This document shows positions 33,108 to 45,000 of a stretch of DNA of 64,000 nt, in pieces. This stretch comes from an uncultured Methanosarcinaceae archaeon (GTDB lineage Archaea; Halobacteriota; Methanosarcinia; Methanosarcinales; Methanosarcinaceae), in contig CAVSHT010000003.1 of NCBI GenBank assembly GCA_963727895.1, forward strand, positions 96,001 through 160,000, read 5' to 3'. The notes beneath the pieces are model-generated. The model was not told the origin of the DNA. It saw only the letters and a program-made list of their open reading frames with translations, and did not search any database. Numbering within the stretch: position 1 is the stretch's first letter; each line of letters opens with the position of its first letter. The position numbers and the translations under genes were made by a program.

Positions 33108-33623
33108 TGACAGAAATATGACCGAAATATGACAGAAATATGGCAACAAAAAATACTACTGAAAAAGACTAATGTTTCATAGATATATGATTATATAAAG
33201 AAAAGTAAATGAAAAAGGAACACATGGTGATGTACAAAGGGAATATAAAGAACCATGATAGGTGGTTGTAGATATGAATGAGGGTTCAAAGGATAAGAGG
33301 AAAATAAATATAATCTTCCGGCCACATATGGTAGAAAGAACCTCAGAATGGAAGCTTTTCAGGTAGTAAACTATATCGTCCCTATCCAGTATTGTGGCAG
33401 GCCTTGGATAAACATTTTTTTGTATATAGATCAATTTAACTCTGGACAAAATCTTTATTTAAATACATTTTTATAAATACCATCATAAATAAAATGGATT
33501 TAAAAGGTGAGTATATTCTATCTTGTTTCATTTTCCAAAGGATGGGAAATATGCAAGCATGTCTGATCACTTTTTATCCATTAATGGCATTAACTTAAGA
33601 TTTTGCATAGGATGGGGATATGA

Positions 33624-34094
33624 TTGAAAGCAATAGTAGTTTATCTTAGTACCTCGGGGAATACAAAAGCTATGGCTGAAGCAATAGCTAGTGGAATTGA
33701 ATCAAAACATGTAGATGCAAAAGCTATTAGCTTTTATGAAGTCAAACTCGAAGACCTTAATGAAGCTGATGCAATTGCAGTTGGTTCTTCTACTTTTTAC
33801 TATAAGATGTTACAGCCTCTGGAAAAATTCATGGACGAAACTCTTGCTTCTACAAACCCAAAAGGGAAATTAGGAGCTGCTTTCGGTTCTTATGGGTGGA
33901 GCGGAGAAGCTCCCATAATAATAGCCGAAAAAATGCGAGAGATGGGAATGGTAGTTATAGATCCTGTACTCAGAATACTTCATAAGCCCACTGATAAGGA
34001 TATACAGGAATGCAAAAGGCTTGGTATCGACATTGCCGAGAAGCTAAAGCATGGAAGCAGCAAAAAGCCGCAGCCACAAAGAGCACCAGGTTAA
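33624..34094 (+). CDS. Flavodoxin
   Basis: YLSTSGNTKAMA, VGSST and FGSYGWSGEA motifs. Confidence 0.92.
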   Translation: MKAIVVYLSTSGNTKAMAEAIASGIESKHVDAKAISFYEVKLEDLNEADAIAVGSSTFYYKMLQPLEKFMDETLASTNPKGKLGAAFGSYGWSGEAPIIIAEKMREMGMVVIDPVLRILHKPTDKDIQECKRLGIDIAEKLKHGSSKKPQPQRAPG

Positions 34095-34399
34095 CTTTGT
34101 TTTTAACGCAATAAGAACAATAAACGCAATAAGAGCAATAAATACAGATTACCTGGTAACACAACCATAAAACGAAATTATTCAGAATTAATTTAATCCA
34201 TAAAAAATCACCAAAGACATGGAAAACTATAAAAATATGCCAATTTTTCCATATATTTTTAGTGATATGAACTTATTTTATTTTTAGAGTTATAAAATTA
34301 ATTTAATATTAATGTTTATATATATAGTTGTATATAAATTTATTTAGTTATTTAGTTATTGTACTTTATATAGTTATTTATTTATTTATTTATTGTACT

Positions 34400-35197
34400 T
34401 TATTCATGAGGCACCTGAGTAATCTGTGTGGAATTTTTGAGCAGCTCTTCAAAAAGTTCATTTCCGAAGTTAAGGGCTGAAGATTCATAACTTACCAGGC
34501 TTTCTCTATCGAAATGCTTCTTATTTTTTGGGAAAAGAGAAAACATGGTAAATCTGTCGGTTACTGTAAGATTAGCGATTCTGAGGTCTCCAGAGTAAAG
34601 GAAAAACTTCACGTTTTCTAAAGCCAGAATATTCCGAAAGTCTTCAGGGTAATCCTTTGAGTAATACTGAAAAACAGATTTGGAAATAAGAAAGGAGAGT
34701 TTAACTCCACTTTTGCCAAGTTCCTGGCATATAGAAATAAGTGAGGGATCAAAATAAGCTATGCATTCAAGAATAACATTAGATTTAGATAGGTTTTCAA
34801 CGATTTCTGGATCAAGCTCGAACATTCTCTCTAGATCGGGCTGAATCAATTTACATTTATTGAGCTCTCCAAGCCGTTTTCGGAAAAGAAGAGGAATTCC
34901 CTGCAAATCTCTTTCAGTCCAGTAATCAAAATTATCCTCAAAGACTTCAATTATGCTGACGAAAGGTTGCATTTTTTCAACAAGTACTTTTCCTATAAGC
35001 GAGAGCTTGTAGTTTTTGTCTTCTTGAATAACTAGTGATTTTTCTTTTAATTTCTTTATCTGCGGTAGGATGGCAGTGGACTTTACGTTAAGGGATTCCT
35101 TGATTTCATCCATGTTTTTTGGCCCGTCTTTAAGAAATAACAATAACTGCTTTCGCTTGTCAGAAAGAAAAATCAGCTCTAAAAGTTCTAGTTGCAA
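34400..35197 (-). CDS. Winged-HTH transcriptional regulator (DUF1724-like)
   Basis: SDKRKQLLLFLKDGPK...ILPQIKKL, TVTD and ALNFG.ELF motifs. Confidence 0.85.
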   Translation of the reverse strand: MQLELLELIFLSDKRKQLLLFLKDGPKNMDEIKESLNVKSTAILPQIKKLKEKSLVIQEDKNYKLSLIGKVLVEKMQPFVSIIEVFEDNFDYWTERDLQGIPLLFRKRLGELNKCKLIQPDLERMFELDPEIVENLSKSNVILECIAYFDPSLISICQELGKSGVKLSFLISKSVFQYYSKDYPEDFRNILALENVKFFLYSGDLRIANLTVTDRFTMFSLFPKNKKHFDRESLVSYESSALNFGNELFEELLKNSTQITQVPHE

Positions 35198-35607
35198 CCC
35201 TTTAGTCTCCTTTCAAATTTTCTGTGACTAAAAAGATTAGAGATATCAAAGGTATATAAGTTACTACTGTTTTTATTATTTTGTTTATATATACTATCAA
35301 TATCTTTTATATTAGTTTTTTTATCCAGAATATAATCCGAAAATAAGGAGCAGACAAAAAGTGACTTAACATGTTTTAATAAACAAAATACTTACTATAA
35401 AAACATGCAAACCATTTATAATAAAAACAGATGGGGTCTCTCTGACTTGAAACACTCACGCTATTGTTCAAGGTCAGGGAGCCTACTCAAGCTCTTTAAT
35501 TTGAATATTTTAGCTGAAACTGGATAACTTGTAATTCAAATATATGAGACTATTTTTGTGGCTTTATCTGTACTCAAGGATTTTATGGAAATTCTAACCT
35601 GTGTTAT

Positions 35608-36015
35608 TCAGGCGGAAGCTTCCTTGGTCAGGATATAAGCAATCATCTCAGGATTGAGTTTGCTTTCCCTTGAGACTTTTTCTTCAATTCTCTCGGCAGG
35701 CGTACCCTCAGATTTCAGTTCCCTTATTTTCTCAATAACTGAAGATGGAATGCTGTAGTATTCATTAATGTCTTTCCTGTGACCCCATACATCGCCTTCA
35801 ATAAGCTGAATCCTCTGCATCTCAAGGAACATTTCTATAGATTTTGATACCGTGCGCCTGTAAGATTTGGGTAATTGAATGACTTCAATTTTCGGACAGG
35901 TTTCAACCAGTGCAAAAATGTCTTTGTTCGAAGGTCTAAAGGCTAAGTGAACAACACGTTCATTAGGATTAAGAGTGAATATTTCCTCTCTAGAACTAAC
36001 TACTCGTATCTTCAT
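35608..36015 (-). CDS. DUF1699-like protein
   Basis: MKIRVVSS, HLAFRPSN and GDVWGHRKDI motifs. Confidence 0.85.
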   Translation of the reverse strand: MKIRVVSSREEIFTLNPNERVVHLAFRPSNKDIFALVETCPKIEVIQLPKSYRRTVSKSIEMFLEMQRIQLIEGDVWGHRKDINEYYSIPSSVIEKIRELKSEGTPAERIEEKVSRESKLNPEMIAYILTKEASA

Positions 36016-36506
36016 GTATTTAATTCCCCCACTATAAAGTTCTCAGTTTTTACCTCAATATAATCTATATAGACTTATTATAAATATTTATCTGCCCGCC
36101 CATTTATTATTTACACAGTAATTCAGGTTTCTATATTCATTCTTATAGTGTATTCTATAGTTTATTTAACTTTAAATTGACCTTACTATTCCTTTTGTTA
36201 TATTTGTCGTTGGCGTTAATTTAGAGAATTATTCTAATATTGTTAGGTCTTATTACTTTGAGGCTAGTACCTCCTTAAAATGCTATTCACTATCATTAGT
36301 GTTCTAGAATATACAAAAATGAGAAAATAAGAGAAAAGCCTACAAGCCTATCTATTAGGAAGATCCAAAGGCCTATGGAGCTGGACTGTAGACCGAATCT
36401 CTCAAAGGGATATGTCAAAAGCATTTAAATCTATCACTAGTAATTTAACAAGTTAGATTTTAACCTACAATTAAATTGCTTTTGATATTATTGCACAGAA
36501 CTATAG

Positions 36507-37013
36507 TTACGCAAATGGGTGGTTTGCAGTATCTTTTTTAGCAAGTGCTTCTTCGACAGAAGGCTTACCTTCCATAGCCCTTAATATCGCAAGCTTTGTT
36601 GCCTCATAGTTATATTCATAAACTTTGTCCTTGTCTTTTGCGTCCCATTCAATAAATACGGAAACTATAATAAAAGTGTCATCAGCCTGTTCTTCAGGGA
36701 GCACGCCATCAGCTACAGAATCCATGACTGCCTTTGCAATCGCAGCTTGAGCAGGTCCGAACATAAGGGCTGCTTGCGAAACATTTTTTATAGTCACTTT
36801 GTTTACTAGGAGAGTTACAGGTTTGGGCTGGACATTTGGTTCCAGGACTGCAAGAAGTGGGGTATGGCCCTGTCTGGGCATTGCAAGTGAATTAATAAAT
36901 GCTGTTTCAACTGGTCCTCCTCTAGGTCCGATAACAAGATCTATGTGTGCAACTTCAGGACCGGAACCAACGAGAGCTTCTCCTATCATACTTTTTAATA
37001 TATTTTTCACCAT
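36507..37013 (-). CDS. fae: Formaldehyde-activating enzyme (stand-alone)
   Basis: GEALVG.GPEVAHIDL, GHTPLLAV, FGPAQAA and YNYEATK motifs. Confidence 0.93.
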   Translation of the reverse strand: MVKNILKSMIGEALVGSGPEVAHIDLVIGPRGGPVETAFINSLAMPRQGHTPLLAVLEPNVQPKPVTLLVNKVTIKNVSQAALMFGPAQAAIAKAVMDSVADGVLPEEQADDTFIIVSVFIEWDAKDKDKVYEYNYEATKLAILRAMEGKPSVEEALAKKDTANHPFA

Positions 37014-37392
37014 ATTTAACACCTCAGCTTATATACGAAAGAAAGCTTAATACCCAAAATCGCCGGAAAGAAAGGTAATTCTTTTCCAGATTCATCAATA
37101 AGATAGCGAATAGGTATTCAGACATAATATGTTCCTATTACAGGAAATGGTTTTCTGTAATACTAAATATACACATACATAAATAATTTGGTAATTCTAT
37201 TCTTTATGACAATGAAATCTCGATTTTGGAATAATTAATGAGCTTTTTGTAGGCAGTATTTTTTATATTATATATTGGAAAATAAAATTGGTTTTGAAAT
37301 CATCTTTAAAATAGATAGCTCTAAAATGAAGCTTTAATAGGTAATATCTGTTGTAATCCACAATAACATTATTTAACTCTTAAACTAGTTGT

Positions 37393-37683
37393 TTAAAAAG
37401 AAATGTCTGAAAGGATCTCAAGTCTTTTATTCCAGTGATCTAAACCTCTTTTTGCTGCATACCAATCGAAAAAGCTGCTTTCTTTACTTATATTTTCATT
37501 TTTGAACTTTTTCCGGAGCTCATTAGAACTAAACCCTACTTTTGTTTCGAAATCTCTGCAGATTGCAGTATAACGTTTGACTTTATATTTTGCAACATGT
37601 TTTTCGTGTTCAAGAGCTGATTGGATAGTTTCAGTCACTTCCTGAGGTGAGAAACTGGTGTTGATATTGATCGTAATACTCAT
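37393..37683 (-). CDS. 96-aa antitoxin-like hypothetical protein (paralog 1)
   Basis: Shares SALEHEKH.AKYK..RY and WYAAKRGLDHW with 38967-39257. Confidence 0.75.
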   Translation of the reverse strand: MSITININTSFSPQEVTETIQSALEHEKHVAKYKVKRYTAICRDFETKVGFSSNELRKKFKNENISKESSFFDWYAAKRGLDHWNKRLEILSDISF

Positions 37684-37862
37684 ATGTACCCCATAAAATT
37701 AGTCATCGATTACAATCTATAATTAGAAATTAATTGATTTATACTTTTTAGCTATTACAAAGTTTCTATTTATTTCTATATTACCAGTTTTCTAAAAATT
37801 AGACTTGTTGTGCAGAGAACTTCGTATTAAAGATTTTCCAAAAAAGTTGTAAAGACTGAAAT

Positions 37863-38654
37863 TTAAATCTCTTTTACCTCAATAGCTTCTTTTTGCATAT
37901 GTAAAAAAAGGTCAGTGCCCCATTTGAGGGCTTGTTGCTCGGAACTGAATAAGCTTTCGTGTTCAAAAGACTTTACTTGAGGGAAAACAGTAAGCAAAAA
38001 AAATCTGTCTGTAACCGTAAAACCTGCAAGTTTCGAATTTTTTGGGAAAAGAGAAAGATTTACGTGGTCAGACTCAATCAGAGTTTGCAAGTTTTCACTG
38101 TAATCAGCTTTAAACCTATTTAGCACGGGTTCGGTGAGCATTAAAGAAATCTCGATCTTGTTTTTTTCAATTTCCTTATAGAGAGATATATAAGAAGGAT
38201 GAAAATAAGAACTGAAACCTAAGATCTGTCTCGAAAGGAAAAGATTTTCCACAAATTTAGGGTCAAGTTCAAACATATGACTCAGATCAGGACGGATAAG
38301 TTTACAGTTTTTCAATTCATATATCCTATTTCTTAAAACCTGAGGAATTCCTTCTAAATTTCGTCGTGACCAGTAGTCAAAGTTATCTTCGAGTACTTCC
38401 AGAGTCTCCAAAAGAGGTGGCATTTTTTCTACAATTACCTTCCCCATAACAGAAAGCTCATAAGTATGATTTTTCTGTATCACCAATTTTCGGTCCTTAA
38501 GTTTTTTTAGTTGTGGAAGAATTGCAACCGAATCTGTACAGAGATGTTCCTGGATGTCACTTATGGACCTGGGCCTATCTTTGAGAAAAATCAGAAGGTT
38601 CCTTCGTCTTTCAGACCGAAAGATAAGTTCCATTAATCCGATTTTTGTGCCCAT
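37863..38654 (-). CDS. Winged-HTH regulator (DUF1724-like), paralog of 34400-35197
   Basis: Shared ILPQLKKL, EDNFDYW, MFELDP and TVTDRF motifs. Confidence 0.85.
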   Translation of the reverse strand: MGTKIGLMELIFRSERRRNLLIFLKDRPRSISDIQEHLCTDSVAILPQLKKLKDRKLVIQKNHTYELSVMGKVIVEKMPPLLETLEVLEDNFDYWSRRNLEGIPQVLRNRIYELKNCKLIRPDLSHMFELDPKFVENLFLSRQILGFSSYFHPSYISLYKEIEKNKIEISLMLTEPVLNRFKADYSENLQTLIESDHVNLSLFPKNSKLAGFTVTDRFFLLTVFPQVKSFEHESLFSSEQQALKWGTDLFLHMQKEAIEVKEI

Positions 38655-38966
38655 CTTAACACCATAAAAACTAACAATGCGAATATAGTGTGGAAGTTAT
38701 ATATACATTTTCATTAATTTTCAAAATGCTAAAGAGTATTTTATGGGGACGAAAAGCATTTAAAGAGATCTAAACACTAAATTAATGTTATATTTATTCT
38801 TAAACTGCCTTACTTTACAACTAAAGTTAATTATGAAACAACTTTGAACAATTTGAGGAACTATTTATGCTCAAAGTTGTCTTTAGTATAATACAAAAAC
38901 ATAATAATATATATCAAGAAGTAGTTTTTAATTGCTTACAAAGAAGTGTATAAGTTTGTGAATAAT

Positions 38967-39257
38967 TTATAATCTAATATTTTTGAGAAGAGCTAACCTT
39001 TTTTTCCAGTGGTCAAGTCCTCGCTTTGCAGCATACCACTCAAAATACTTATCCTCACCGACAAGTTCTCCAGCTTCAAATCTTTGTATGAATTCTGTAG
39101 AAATCAGATCATAAAGATCCTCAAATTTGTCGCAGATCATTGAGTAACGATCTATCTTGTATTTTGCAAGATGTTTCTCATGTTCCAGGGCCGAGTGAAT
39201 AGCCTCGCTTGCTTCCTGAAGCGAGTAATCGGTATCAATCTGCAAAGTGATATCCAT
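38967..39257 (-). CDS. 96-aa antitoxin-like hypothetical protein (paralog 2)
   Basis: Paralogy as above; EF..RFEAGEL....YFEW motif. Confidence 0.75.
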   Translation of the reverse strand: MDITLQIDTDYSLQEASEAIHSALEHEKHLAKYKIDRYSMICDKFEDLYDLISTEFIQRFEAGELVGEDKYFEWYAAKRGLDHWKKRLALLKNIRL

Positions 39258-39464
39258 GTTTATCCCATAGAAGAGTTATTGCTGATACTAAAAAATCATT
39301 ATATATCTCTTTTTCTATTTGTAGATAAGGTACTTTTTTATGGGTCACATCTTACTTGCACCTTATGTTTTCACAAACTAATAATCTTTTACCTCCTTTG
39401 AGGGAAAATATTATTTAAAAGGTTTGCCGATTTTCTTAATAAAAATCCAGAATATTAACCGGGA

Positions 39465-39647
39465 ATGGTTCTAAAACGCAAAAACAATATCAAAGATCAC
39501 ATCGAATCTCAAATACAAGAATATCAAAAATACTATGAAGAGAGATCGGAAGATATTAAGAAGAGTAAAATAAGAGAAAATAAAAAGAAAAATAGGAAAA
39601 TGAAAAAATTCAGAACAGATAGCTTTTGTAGAAAGTGTCTGTTTTAA
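39465..39647 (+). CDS. Small basic hypothetical protein
   Basis: 60-aa ORF only. Confidence 0.35.
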   Translation: MVLKRKNNIKDHIESQIQEYQKYYEERSEDIKKSKIRENKKKNRKMKKFRTDSFCRKCLF

Positions 39648-39665
39648 TGTAAAGATACACAGTTA

Positions 39666-39902
39666 TTAGTTCTTCACTACTGCGGGAATTTTCCCTGAAT
39701 TCTCCAGGTTTCTGTAAACGAATGCTGAAGAGTAAGCAAGCAGCATGAACTTAAAACCCACGAGAAAATCCATCTCGATGAACTTTAAAATCATACCTAC
39801 GAAGAACGTAAACTGTATGGCACACAGAACCACTCCGGTTACTGTAAACATCTTTTGACTACTACTATCACTACTGTCTGGATCATCGGATTCTTCTGAC
39901 AT
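39666..39902 (-). CDS. Small two-TM membrane protein
   Basis: GAGGT RBS; acidic N-terminus and two hydrophobic segments. Confidence 0.65.
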   Translation of the reverse strand: MSEESDDPDSSDSSSQKMFTVTGVVLCAIQFTFFVGMILKFIEMDFLVGFKFMLLAYSSAFVYRNLENSGKIPAVVKN

Positions 39903-40850
39903 CTTGTTTCAAACCTCGCAAATAAAGGTGCTAAGAGTACTCTTTATTAGCTTGTGTCTTAGTTTGTTTTTATTTGTTCTAATTTGGTTTTGTGTTTTAT
40001 TATCAAGCCTTACTGCAAGCAGGTTTCAACGAACTCAAAAATTAAATAGGGTCCTCGTAGAAGCATATTGACTTGCTCTTATAGAGATCCAAAAATGAGA
40101 AAAAAGCTGAAAACTCCAATGGATGCATCTGAAGATTCAGTTTTACATTGATCCTCTGGTGCAACATTATTTGAAAAAACACTCTCCGAATTAGAGACTT
40201 TTATACAGTATCTATATTTCTTGTGGATGGTATATATAACTTGCGAGGAAACACAGGAGAATAACGGGATTGATACTGATTTTCTAATTACTTCTTTGAA
40301 ATTCACAATCAATTTCGAGATTATATCCATCTTTCTATTTCATATATCCAAAGTATTATTTTGCTGCGCATACCAGTCAACGAAAATAGATTTTCTCCAA
40401 CTTATTATAAATTTCATTTTTGTATAGATAGATACTAACCTATAATTCAACTTTTAGGTAAATAATCAACTCCATTCAGCTTTTTTAACTAAAATATCGT
40501 TTGAAATATATGTTTAACAAAAACTGACCAATTTAACCTATTTTTGCATATTCATAATTTAATTTACTAAATAATTAATGGTAATTAGATTTTTTAAGAA
40601 ATATAGGTTCATTAAAGTTATAATCTCATGATTAATACACTTATTTGATTTTGAATTTAACTAATTCATAATTTTTTTGATAGGGGGTTCGGGAATTTAT
40701 GAGAAGTACAAAATGAGGCTTTTACTTTTTCATCTCAGCTATCTTGATTTATTTTTTCCTTGCCGCCTCTCAAAGATCGATAACAGTGTCAATAAAGAGT
40801 ATAACAAATTTTCAATTTGAAATAAATGAATAAGTCTTGTGAGAATGTTT

Positions 40851-41291
40851 ATGAAGAATATATTAAAAGCCATAGCAGTATTCCTCTTCATCATTACTAT
40901 TGTCTTAGCAGCCGGCTGTACTGAAAAAATCGGCAGCAAAGGTAAATCTAAGGCAAATACTAACCTTATAACAGATCAGGTAGTAACCGAAGCTGACAGC
41001 GGAAAAACGATTTCCCTAAATAAAGGAGAAAAGTTTACTGTTAGCCTTAAAGAAGAGCCATCATCAGGTTATTTATGGGAACTTAACCTGAGCAATGGGC
41101 TGAGTATTCTTGAAGATACATATATAGAAAGTCTAAACCCTCAACACATTGCAGGTATCCCCGGAACTCATTTATGGATAATTGAAGCCACATCTCCGGG
41201 CAGCCAGAAGATAACTGGCATATATAAAAAGTCCTGGGAGAAGCCAACCGGCAATGAAGAGAAATTCACATTAACTGTTGAGGTTGAGTGA
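40851..41291 (+). CDS. Chagasin/I42-family protease inhibitor lipoprotein
   Basis: Lipobox LAAGC; EEPSSGYLW, G..GTHLW and Y.KSWE motifs. Confidence 0.85.
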   Translation: MKNILKAIAVFLFIITIVLAAGCTEKIGSKGKSKANTNLITDQVVTEADSGKTISLNKGEKFTVSLKEEPSSGYLWELNLSNGLSILEDTYIESLNPQHIAGIPGTHLWIIEATSPGSQKITGIYKKSWEKPTGNEEKFTLTVEVE

Positions 41292-41686
41292 GAGGAGTTT
41301 TTACTTTTCAGGTTACATTTTTTTTATTTGAAAGATTTGTGGAGCTGAAAACTTTTGTGATCTTTACAAACTTGAAAATACTCTATAATATCACTGATAG
41401 AAGTTTCTTTTTCATGTGTTCAAATCTATACTACCTTCTTCCGTAATCCAATTTGTCACTCTCTTCAATGTACTCCTATGCTTAATTCTCATTTATCAGG
41501 CTTCTTCAAGGATTAAATCCGAAATCTTCTTTTAACTTCTTCTATATTAACGAAAGATTGTGGTTCAACCACATCTAAAGGCTAATTATCAATAATCTAT
41601 ACTATGTTCTAATAATCTTTTGTATAAAGAGTCATAGGTTTATTATGACTGAATAGTTACAGAAAAAAGCAAAAGATGGGAAAGAA

Positions 41687-42085
41687 ATGAAACATTTAGA
41701 AGTTGTAGCAGGGATAATCATTTATGAGGATCAAATTCTTTGTATGCAAAGAGATGCTAAAAAATATGATAATTTGTCTTATAAGTATGAGTTTCCTGGG
41801 GGTAAAGTTGAGCCTGGAGAAACAAAGATTCAAGCCCTGATTCGCGAACTACGTGAAGAAATGGAGATTGAAATAAACATATATGAAAATGACTTTTTTA
41901 TGACAGTGATCCACCAGTACCCAGATTTTGAAGTCACTATGCACAGCTATATTTGCCGAGTAAGTAATCCTGAATTCATCAGAAAAGAACATATTAATCA
42001 TGTATGGTTAAAACGCTCAGACATCGGCAAACTAGATTGGGCACCCGCAGATCAATCGATTGTAACAAAATTGATGTCGAAGTGA
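41687..42085 (+). CDS. MutT-like Nudix hydrolase
   Basis: Nudix box GGKVEPGETKIQALIRELREE; WAPAD motif. Confidence 0.93.
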   Translation: MKHLEVVAGIIIYEDQILCMQRDAKKYDNLSYKYEFPGGKVEPGETKIQALIRELREEMEIEINIYENDFFMTVIHQYPDFEVTMHSYICRVSNPEFIRKEHINHVWLKRSDIGKLDWAPADQSIVTKLMSK

Positions 42086-42089
42086 TAAT

Positions 42090-45000
42090 ACGCATAATCG
42101 TAAAAAACTACAAAATGGAATAGAATATGGCTTTTTAGATTCTTCCATTATAGTACTTGAAGAATATAAGACCAGGTTGCTTAGTAATGATATTAGCAGA
42201 GGTGAAAAAGTTTTAACATCGGTGGTAGCTGACCTTATTAAATGCGATGAGTTCATGATTTATGTGGCGTTTATAACAAGCAGTGGAGTAACAGTGTTGT
42301 TAAACACTCTAAGCGACCTGGAACAACTTGGTGTGAAGGGTCGGATTATTGCATCTCAATATCAGAATTTCACAGATCCTATTGCCCTAAAGCGTTTACT
42401 ACATTTTAAGAATATTAAGTTGCGTATAGTCACCGAAGATAAAGCTAATATGCACACTAAAGGATATATTTTTAGAAAAGGCGAAAAGTATTCAATTATT
42501 ATTGAAAGTAGCAACCTTACACAAAATGCTCTTTGTGAGAATAAAGAATGGAATCTTAAAGTTAGTTCCTGCCGTACTGGTGGAATAGTAAACAACGTTG
42601 TTTTTGAATTTGAAGCCATGTTTGAACTTGCAACGACGGTTGATGATAATTGGCTTGCTAAATACTCACACATTTACCGTACCGCAAAAGAATCTAAACA
42701 TATGGCAGCATTATCTGTCGAAAAAGAAACAATTAAACATACAACTATTAACCCAAATAGGATGCAAGTTTCCGCATTGGAGGCTTTATCCAATCTGCGC
42801 AGTCACAATGCTGAGCGCGCTTTGGTAATTTCGGCTACTGGAACCGGAAAAACATATTTGTCGGCGTTTGATGTTAGAACTATTAATCCTAAAAAATTCC
42901 TATTTGTTGTTCATCGTGAGATCATTGCTAAAGATGCAATGGAGAGTTACAAGCGTATAATCCAAAACGGAAAAAGTATGGCTGTAATGAGTGGCGGTAA
43001 CAAAGCAAACGCTGACTATATATTTGCTATGATCCAAACACTATCAAAGGATGAAGTTCTTTATCAGTTTCGTCCAGATGAGTTTGATTATATTGTATTT
43101 GATGAAGTTCATAGAGCTGGTGCTTCTTCGTATCAAAAAGTTTTCAACTATTTTAAGCCCAGATTCTTGTTGGGTATGTCGGCAACACCAGAGAGAACAG
43201 ACGGATTTGATATCTTCAAGATGTTTGATTATAACGTCGCTTACGAAATTCGTCTCCAGCAAGCAATGAAGGAAGGAATGATATGTCCCTTCCACTATTT
43301 TGGAATTTCCGAACTCACAATAGATGGTAAGGTCATTGGAGACAAGGCGGAATTCAGCAAGCTAACATCTAAGGAGAGAGTGCGCAATATTATTGAAAAG
43401 ATAGAGTACTATGGATTCAGTGGTGATCGTGTAAAAGGTCTAATATTCTGCAGTAGAAAAGAGGAAGCTGTTGCACTATCTACAAAATTTAATGAATATG
43501 GATATCGAACCTGCGCACTTCTTGGCATTGACAATCAGATTGAGCGTGAATCTGCAATAAAACGACTTGAGCAAGATGAGTATGAAAGTGCACTCGATTA
43601 TATTTTTACCGTTGACATTTTTAATGAAGGAGTGGATATACCGGCTGTAAATCAGGTTGTCATGCTTAGACCTACTCAATCCGCAATTATCTTTGTCCAG
43701 CAATTAGGCAGAGGCCTGCGTAAAAAGGAAAACAAGGAATACGTTGTTGTCATTGATTTCATTGGTAACTATGAGAAGAACTTTTTAATTCCGATTGCCC
43801 TTTCCGGAGATCAAACTTACAACAAAGATACAATACGCAGATTTGTTACTGAAGGTAATCGTGTAATTCCTGGTTGTTCAACAGTAAACTTTGATGCGAT
43901 AACTCGTGAACGTATTTATGCTTCTATTGATCAAGCTAACTTTAATGATTCAAAACTAATCAAAGAATCCTATCTGTCTCTTAAACAACGTCTTGGCAGG
44001 ATTCCTCGGTTAGAAGAGTTTGCAGAATATGGTTCTGTTGATATTATTCGCATTTTTGATAAATTTGGTTCATATCATAATTTTCTCAGACGTCATGAAA
44101 AAACATATGCAATAAACCTTTATTCAATTGAATCGACATATATTGAGTTTATTTCCACAAGATATGCTAATGGCAAAAGACCGCATGAACTTGAGTTCAT
44201 CAAGTTACTTGTTAATGGTCATCCAGATCCAATTGCTGGATTTAAGGAAGTAATGAATACAAAATATTCAGCAATTAAATTCACTGAACAAACTATAACT
44301 TGTGTCTTAAATCAAATGATGCAAATGTTTGCCAAAGGTACAGGAAAGAATGCTTATCGTTCAGCTGTCTTCGTAAACAGGACAAACTCTGGTGAATATA
44401 AGATCTCAAAAGAATTTTCTACGCTTCTTACAAATAACAAATTCGAGGCAATGGTACTAGATTTGATAGCGTTAGGATTAGAAAGAAATACCTTGTTATA
44501 TGGCGAACGATATCAAGATACAAATATTCAGCTTTACCAAAAATACACATATGATGATGTATGCAAATGTTTAGATTGGCCTCAGGGAGAGGTTTCATTG
44601 AATATTGGTGGATACAAATTCCACAAGGTAACTAATACATACCCTGTCTTTATAAATTATAACAAAAAAGATGATATTGAGGACACAATCAAGTACGAAG
44701 ACCGCTTTCTGTCGCCATTCTCACTTATTGCAATTTCCAAATCAGGTAGATCTATATCTTCTGATGATGTCCAGCAAGCTTTAAATGCCCAAAAAAACGG
44801 TGTAGACTTGTGCTTGTTTGTTCGTAAAAATAAGGATGATAAAATTTCAAAAGAGTTCTACTACTTAGGCCGTATGTTCGCTAATGGATACATAAAAGGG
44901 TATTGTTAACTAAACATAGTTAACTTTTTATTTCTGTATTTCATCAATAGAATAACCAAGTACTTTAGCATTTCAAGACTTTTTGTATAACACTTTGTCT

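Noticed and set aside
40079..40330. 83-aa ORF
   Set aside because: No motif or clear RBS; cannot be distinguished from a chance ORF.
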